From positions 1 through 64,000 of IMG/VR virus record IMGVR_UViG_3300020205_002210: DNA of 64,000 nt. One strand, written 5' to 3'. The DNA is from a virus. The notes below the pieces were generated by a model. That model was not told where the DNA came from and did not search any database. It worked only from the letters and a program-made list of their open reading frames with translations. Positions 58,192 to 64,000 of this stretch are shown one piece after another (positions within the stretch are counted from its first letter, which is position 1; each line of letters starts with the position of its first letter). The translations under genes were made by a program, and so were the position numbers.

Positions 58192-59207
58192 TGTCATCAT
58201 ATAACCGCGTCATAAGAAAATTGGTTGTTGGATTTGGCAACCTATTTGATAACATCACATTGTATAGATTCGACACAGACAATGAGGAAACTGAAAGATT
58301 TATTGTACCGATTGCATATGCATCCAAAGAACGATATGTTATGCGTTTGGAAGATGATGCAAACTTAGATAAGAAAGTACAGATAACTCTACCAAGAATG
58401 TCTTTTGAAATGGCAGGGTTATCTTATGATTCTTCTAGAAAACAAAATACAAACATAAAGAATTTTACCGGAACAGTGCCTGCTGCAATTATATCACAAT
58501 ATAATCCTGTGCCATACAATTTTGATTTTAATTTGTACATATATGTCAGAAACATTGAAGATGGTACACAGATCATCGAACACATTTTACCATACTTTAC
58601 ACCAGACTACACAGTAAAATTAAATTTGATTCCAGAAATGGGCATAGTTAAAGAAGTTCCTGTTATTCTGAATAGCACATCACACGAAATACTTTATGAA
58701 GGTGCTAGAGAAAATGATACCAGAATGATTGTCTGGACATTAAACTTTACAGTCAAAGGTTTCATATTTGGTAAAATGTCTGAGACTGGTGTTATTAACA
58801 GAGCATTTGTTTCTGTTTACAATCAGGTATCAAGAGATGAAACAATCGAGTTCTATATGAACTTGGACTCTGGTTATGGAACATACAAGGTTGGTGAAAA
58901 GGTATATCAAGGATACACCGCAGAAGATGCATCAGCCACTGGCATCGTTGTTCAATTTACAGAAAACATATTACGACTAAAAGACTTAACAGGAGACTTT
59001 GTGTCAGACAAACCCATATATGGTATAAATACCTCAGCAAACTATAAATTCACTTCTTATAACTTGAACCCACTGAAGTTTGTTGAAGTTGACGCAGTTG
59101 GCAGAGTCACTACAGATATTGATAACTTGTCAGTTGATAAGGAAGAGGCTAAGGCTGACAACACATTGAATACTGTTTTGACAATTAACAAAGCCGCAAA
59201 CCAATAA
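58191..59207 (+). CDS. gp15: Tail sheath stabiliser / tail terminator
   Basis: IRKLVVGFGNLF, VPIAYASKE, LPRMSFE, YNPVPYNFDF, QIIEHILPYFTP. Confidence 0.92.
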   Translation: MSSYNRVIRKLVVGFGNLFDNITLYRFDTDNEETERFIVPIAYASKERYVMRLEDDANLDKKVQITLPRMSFEMAGLSYDSSRKQNTNIKNFTGTVPAAIISQYNPVPYNFDFNLYIYVRNIEDGTQIIEHILPYFTPDYTVKLNLIPEMGIVKEVPVILNSTSHEILYEGARENDTRMIVWTLNFTVKGFIFGKMSETGVINRAFVSVYNQVSRDETIEFYMNLDSGYGTYKVGEKVYQGYTAEDASATGIVVQFTENILRLKDLTGDFVSDKPIYGINTSANYKFTSYNLNPLKFVEVDAVGRVTTDIDNLSVDKEEAKADNTLNTVLTINKAANQ

Positions 59208-59222
59208 ACAAGAGAGAACTAA

Positions 59223-61034
59223 ATGGCTAAACAAATTATTAATATTGGTATTAGAGCAAATGATGGTAAAGGTGATTCATTAAGAACCGCCTTTATAAAA
59301 ACAAACTCTAACATTGGTGAGTTGTTTGCAAATGTCGCTAGTAACGCAAACACATCAAACATTTATTTTGACACCAATTTAACATTAGCACAAGGTGCTT
59401 TTGACAGAGCGAACTCAGTATTCTTGGGTGATATTAATTTCCAAGATAATTTGATGTACAGTAATTCAATTGTTGAAATTGGTAACGATCAACACCAACA
59501 TAAAGCTTGGGGTTTATTGTACGGTCAAATAACAGAACAAGCCAATAACACATATGGCAATGGTGTTGCATACGATTCAGCAAATAATATATTAGTTGCA
59601 ACAACAACACAAAATGAAGTTAATGGATTACCACAATCGACAGTTATTAAATACGATCCATTTGGCAACATATACTGGAGAAAATCAGTACCTACAATGA
59701 ATGTTAATAATGTATTGTTGGCCAGTTACGGTGAAGCGGTAACAGTTGATGCAAACAATAATGTGTATCTGCTAACAAACATACCAGAAAACTTCTCAAC
59801 CTTAGTTACAAAATTCAATTATACTGGACAAAATGTTTACAGCACATTGGTTTCAGATGCAGAAGGTTCGACAGATATTACCGTTGATGATGAAGAGTTT
59901 CCATATTTTGTAGGTCAACACAATCTGTTAACAGGTTTAGATATTACTGGTGAATTATATTTCACAAGTTTTAGCGCACAGTCAATGAATGCTCATGTGG
60001 TAGTAGCACTGCCAAACAATCGTGGTGTGTTGGTTGGTTCTGATGGTGGCAAAATACATAAATTCGATACTGAAGGTGTTTATATTTTTTCAAACAACGT
60101 AAACACCGATGGTAGAAAAATTATTGGTTTAGCGTATGACAATTCAAACAATTTTTATGCAGCATCAAACACAGTAATTTATAAATTTAGAGCCAACAAT
60201 CAATTAATTTGGGAAAGACAAATTACTGGTGTGAGTTCACCAAACATAAATTTTATTAAATACGACAACAACTTCCTATATGTCAATGGCGTAACAACCG
60301 ATCCAAACAACCAGCGCGCATTTATAAATTACAAAATTGATGCAAACGGTTCTTTAATTTGGGCAAATGCACTTGAGGTACCTAGTGCCAATCAAACCAT
60401 CAGACTTGGACATAGACAGTTGGATGTTCGCGGAGACTTTTTAGTTGGAATTGGATATGCAAGACCCAACAACAGCACTAAAGATATAAGTGTAACATAT
60501 CAACTACCAACTAGTGGTGCTTTAGCTGGAACATATTTTGGTGCATCCGGAAGTCGATGGAACGGTTTCACATATGTTACTGTACCAGAAGCAAACACAA
60601 CAATAAGTACCACAGTTGGTACTGGCAATACAACAGTAACGATTGCAGAAAATACTGATTATGCATATACGATGAATCTTGTTAGATATGGCAATCCAAG
60701 TCCAGAAAATGAAGAAGACCTTTATAATTTTAGTCAGAAATGGGACTTCAATGGATTAGGAACAATAGTATTTCCATCTTCGGGTCAGACTACTGGTATG
60801 GACTTGAATGGTAAAACAATTGCAAATGTTGGAGTCATTAATTTTGCTGATGGTACCAGTTCAAATACTTTTGGTAACATTGCAGCAAGTCCTCCAGCAA
60901 CAGCTAGAGGTGTGACAGGAGATAGAAGGGGTAACATAAGAGCGAACAGCACATACTTATATTACTGTTCAAATAATTATGATGGTACAGCTAATGTTTG
61001 GAAGAGAATTGCTTGGAGCAATGACACTTGGTAA
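59223..61034 (+). CDS. Fibre-like protein with gp9/gp10-type N-terminal anchor and beta-propeller-like body
   Basis: MAKQIINIGIRANDGKGDSLRTAFIKTNSN; repeated D..NN.Y and W.R/K strands; C-terminal GDRRGNIRANSTYLYYC...WKRIAW. Confidence 0.65.
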   Translation: MAKQIINIGIRANDGKGDSLRTAFIKTNSNIGELFANVASNANTSNIYFDTNLTLAQGAFDRANSVFLGDINFQDNLMYSNSIVEIGNDQHQHKAWGLLYGQITEQANNTYGNGVAYDSANNILVATTTQNEVNGLPQSTVIKYDPFGNIYWRKSVPTMNVNNVLLASYGEAVTVDANNNVYLLTNIPENFSTLVTKFNYTGQNVYSTLVSDAEGSTDITVDDEEFPYFVGQHNLLTGLDITGELYFTSFSAQSMNAHVVVALPNNRGVLVGSDGGKIHKFDTEGVYIFSNNVNTDGRKIIGLAYDNSNNFYAASNTVIYKFRANNQLIWERQITGVSSPNINFIKYDNNFLYVNGVTTDPNNQRAFINYKIDANGSLIWANALEVPSANQTIRLGHRQLDVRGDFLVGIGYARPNNSTKDISVTYQLPTSGALAGTYFGASGSRWNGFTYVTVPEANTTISTTVGTGNTTVTIAENTDYAYTMNLVRYGNPSPENEEDLYNFSQKWDFNGLGTIVFPSSGQTTGMDLNGKTIANVGVINFADGTSSNTFGNIAASPPATARGVTGDRRGNIRANSTYLYYCSNNYDGTANVWKRIAWSNDTW

Positions 61035-61036
61035 AA

Positions 61037-61462
61037 ATGGAAAATAAAATGAATAATTTTGATAAAAATATGGAAAACATTTTTGATGTGGTGTCTGTAA
61101 AAGAGACTGAAAAATCTTTGGATGTTAAATTAAAAACCACGGATGAACCTGATCTGAAGGCTGATCTTGCAGATGCTTATAGGCAATCTAAAGACAATTT
61201 GCAAGATATGATAGACCAAGGCAAAGAAGCCATGGAAGATATATTACAGATTGCAAGGGCAGGACAACACCCAAGAGCTTTTGAGGTGTATGGTACATTG
61301 TTAAAAAATACAGTTGAAGCCAATGATCGCTTATTGAAAATGCAAAAAGAAATGCGAGACATGGATGGCAAAAGAGGTGACGGCAATACCAAAATAGATA
61401 AAGCTATTTTTGTTGGTTCTACCGCAGAGTTGAATAAACTCTTAAAAGGTAAACAAGAATGA
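61037..61462 (+). CDS. gp16: Terminase small subunit
   Basis: DYRQ-like helix LADAYRQSKDNL, QHPRAFEV, IFVGSTAELNKLL. Start is uncertain (61037 or 61049). Confidence 0.85.
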   Translation: MENKMNNFDKNMENIFDVVSVKETEKSLDVKLKTTDEPDLKADLADAYRQSKDNLQDMIDQGKEAMEDILQIARAGQHPRAFEVYGTLLKNTVEANDRLLKMQKEMRDMDGKRGDGNTKIDKAIFVGSTAELNKLLKGKQE

Positions 61463-63150
61463 ATCCCGATTTAAAATTCGGTGAGGCGTATAGAGATAAT
61501 CCGTTACTTAAAAAAGCAGGCGTTCAGGTAGAATACACACAAGAACAAATTGATGAATACATTAAGTGTTCTAAAGACCCCATATATTTTGCAAAAAAAT
61601 ATGTAAAGATTGTCAACGTTGATGAAGGTCTTATTAATTTTAGTATGTGGCCGTTTCAAGAGGAGATGTTGCATTTATTTGCAAACAACAGGTTTGTTAT
61701 AACCAAATGTCCTCGCCAAGTTGGTAAGACAACCACCACGATTGCTTATATGTTGTGGGCAACCATATTCACTGATACACAGAACTGTGCAGTCCTGGCC
61801 AATAAAGGTTCTTTAGCCAGAGACATTCTTTCTAAGTACCAGTTAGCATATGAGAACCTACCAATGTGGTTGCAACAAGGTGTGGTTACTTGGAATAAAG
61901 GTAATGTTGAACTAGAAAATGGATCAAAGATCATTGCTGCATCAACATCAAGTTCTGCTATCCGAGGAGGTTCTTTCAACATCGTATTCTTGGATGAATT
62001 TGCATTCGTTCCAAACAATATCGCAGAAGAATTCTTTAACTCTGTATATCCTGTAATATCATCCGGAAAAAAGACAAAAATTATAATTGTTTCTACACCA
62101 AATGGTATGAATCTATTCTACAAATTGTGGATGGATTCAATCAACAAGAAAAACAATTATATAAATTTCGAAATTCATTGGTCAATGGTACCTGGTCGTG
62201 ATGAAAGGTGGAAAGAAGAAACTATTCGAAACACATCTGAACGACAATTCAAACAAGAGTTTGAGACAGAGTTCTTAGGATCCAGTAACACACTAATTTC
62301 TGGTTACAAATTGCAACAGTTGGTATTTAATGATCCAATTGCAAATCACGATCTATTAAAAATATATGAACATCCAATAAAAGAAGGTATAGATGAATCA
62401 AAAACAGATCACCTATATTGCATGTGTGTGGATGTTTCTGAAGGTAAGAACTTAGACAGTTCAGCTTTCTCTGTAATTGATATATCACAAACACCATATA
62501 AACAAGTTGCAACATATAAGAGTTCATCGATTACGCCGATGCTTTTCCCAACTGTCATATATAATACAGCAAGATATTATAATGATGCATATGTTTTGGT
62601 TGAGATTAACAACAACCCACAAGTAGCAGACTCGTTGCATGTGGATTTTGAATATGAAAACTTGTGGAAAATATTTACAGGCAACAAGAAACCACAACAA
62701 TTGTCAGCAGGCTTTGCCCGTGGCATTCAAATGGGTTTAAAAATGTCACCTCAAGTTAAAGCGATTGGGTGTTCAAACCTAAAAACTTTGATTGAAGGTG
62801 ACAAATTAGTAATTAATGATTTTGATACATACTCCGAACTGACAACTTTTGTACACCAAAAGAACTCGTTTAGTGCGGAAGATGGTGCAAACGATGACAT
62901 GGTTATGTCTCTGGTGATTTTTTCGTGGCTTTCGACACAACAATACTTTAAAGAGATTGTTAACCACGACATTAGAAAACAGATTCAGTTAGAAAATATG
63001 AATCAAATAGATGATGATGTTCTACCCGCTCCTATTATTGAAGATGGTTTAGAACATGATTTCCAAATTATAGATGGTGATTTGTGGGAAGTAGCGGACG
63101 GCAATGAAATTTATTCAAAATTCATACGAAATAGGCTGGAAAGGTTATAA
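61459..63150 (+). CDS. gp17: Terminase large subunit
   Basis: Walker A PRQVGKT, Walker B FLDEFAF, nuclease VDVSEG and DDMV; uninterrupted. Confidence 0.96.
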   Translation: MNPDLKFGEAYRDNPLLKKAGVQVEYTQEQIDEYIKCSKDPIYFAKKYVKIVNVDEGLINFSMWPFQEEMLHLFANNRFVITKCPRQVGKTTTTIAYMLWATIFTDTQNCAVLANKGSLARDILSKYQLAYENLPMWLQQGVVTWNKGNVELENGSKIIAASTSSSAIRGGSFNIVFLDEFAFVPNNIAEEFFNSVYPVISSGKKTKIIIVSTPNGMNLFYKLWMDSINKKNNYINFEIHWSMVPGRDERWKEETIRNTSERQFKQEFETEFLGSSNTLISGYKLQQLVFNDPIANHDLLKIYEHPIKEGIDESKTDHLYCMCVDVSEGKNLDSSAFSVIDISQTPYKQVATYKSSSITPMLFPTVIYNTARYYNDAYVLVEINNNPQVADSLHVDFEYENLWKIFTGNKKPQQLSAGFARGIQMGLKMSPQVKAIGCSNLKTLIEGDKLVINDFDTYSELTTFVHQKNSFSAEDGANDDMVMSLVIFSWLSTQQYFKEIVNHDIRKQIQLENMNQIDDDVLPAPIIEDGLEHDFQIIDGDLWEVADGNEIYSKFIRNRLERL

Positions 63151-63162
63151 ATCCGGCCTTTC

Positions 63163-63169
63163 ATAAATA
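63163..63169 (+). promoter_or_regulatory. Late promoter ATAAATA for gp18
   Basis: Intergenic; aaggag SD before the ATG at 63217. Confidence 0.65.
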
Positions 63170-63216
63170 CACTTATGGTATTTTGCCAAGAGAACAAATA
63201 ATTCAAGGAGAATAAA

Positions 63217-64000
63217 ATGGCATTTCAAATCTCTCCAGGCGTAAATGTATCTGAAGTTGATGCAACGACTGTTGTACCTTCAGTGCAACAAACTGCTGGT
63301 GCATTTGCTGGAACATTTCAATGGGGTCCAGCGGATAAAGTAAGACAAATAGATAGTGAATTAACTCTCGTTAGTACATTCGGTAAACCAGATGCAGCTT
63401 CTGCAACAGATTTTTTTACTGCTGCAAACTTTCTATCATATGGTAATAATCTGAACATCGTTAGATCGGTCGGAAATCTTGCAAACAATGCAACCGATGG
63501 CAGCGGTGGTACGATTCAAATTAAGAATGAAGATGTTTACGAAACTACATATCTACTCACCAACAATAGCAATAGCTATGGTCCATTTGTGGGAAGATAT
63601 CCAGGACTCTTGGGTAATTCTTTAACTGTTCATGTTTGTGCAAATACAAGCACATTTAGTTCATGGAGTTACAGAAGTTATTTTACATCAGCACCAGGTA
63701 CATCAGAATTTGCCAGTTCAGTAGGCGGCAGCAATGACGAAATGCACATTGTTGTGGTTGATGCAGATGGTCTATTTACTGGATCAGCAGGTGCGATACT
63801 TGAAACTTACGGTTTTGTTTCGGCTGCTTCTGATGCAACAATTAATGGCGTAACAAACTACTACAAACAAGTCATACTTAACAACTCCAAGTATGTGTAC
63901 GCAATGAGTCCAATTGATTATGGTACAACAAATGCAACTTGGGACCGGGCTGCGGCCGGCAGAAGTTTTGCAAGACCAGCCACAAACATTGCAACCAATT
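63217..64000 (+). CDS. gp18: Tail sheath protein (partial)
   Basis: MAFQISPGVNVSEVDATTVVP...AFAGTFQWGP...FFTAANFLSYGNNL; open to the window end. Confidence 0.93.
   Translation, partial: MAFQISPGVNVSEVDATTVVPSVQQTAGAFAGTFQWGPADKVRQIDSELTLVSTFGKPDAASATDFFTAANFLSYGNNLNIVRSVGNLANNATDGSGGTIQIKNEDVYETTYLLTNNSNSYGPFVGRYPGLLGNSLTVHVCANTSTFSSWSYRSYFTSAPGTSEFASSVGGSNDEMHIVVVDADGLFTGSAGAILETYGFVSAASDATINGVTNYYKQVILNNSKYVYAMSPIDYGTTNATWDRAAAGRSFARPATNIATN

Noticed and set aside
61459-63150. Intron, intein or homing endonuclease in the terminase or other core genes
   Set aside because: gp17 is uninterrupted at an ordinary length, and no HNH, GIY-YIG or LAGLIDADG ORF is seen in the window.
63139-63162. 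Rho-independent terminator after gp17 (GAAAGG...CCTTTC)
   Set aside because: 12-nt loop and no U-tract; it directly abuts the gp18 late promoter.

Overview
The window is a contiguous piece of the virion-structure region of a T4-like myovirus (gp2/4/5/6/7/8/13-18/25/26/48/53 homologues). It is AT-rich, uses the standard genetic code and is almost entirely coding. Bases 1-3181 (minus strand) carry gp4, gp2, a tail-tube-fold (gp54-like) gene, a gp26-like hub gene, a start-less gp51-like ORF and a partial gene with PKTxA repeats. From 3313 onward everything is on the plus strand: gp48, gp53, a hub protein, a gp5 spike split over separate genes, gp25, gp6, gp7, gp8, a 2112-aa structural protein, about 33 kb of fibre/adhesin genes (23655-56482), gp13-15, an extra fibre gene, gp16, gp17 and the start of gp18. 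Three observations stand out. (1) A T-TTT-TTC slippery heptamer at the end of gp26 could fuse it by -1 frameshift to the downstream gp51-like ORF, in the same gene order as lambda V-G-T-H. (2) The fibre region looks like a modular, branched receptor-binding 'arbor' built from Asn/Phe-heptad stalks, ~120-aa adaptors, node domains and interchangeable tips, linked by several recurring terminal motifs. (3) Three late genes have a (A/C)TAAATA box exactly 4 nt before ATG, suggesting leaderless mRNAs. All product calls come from motif recognition by eye; no database search was run. I found no tRNA, rRNA, CRISPR array, integrase or reverse transcriptase, and the host cannot be determined from this window.
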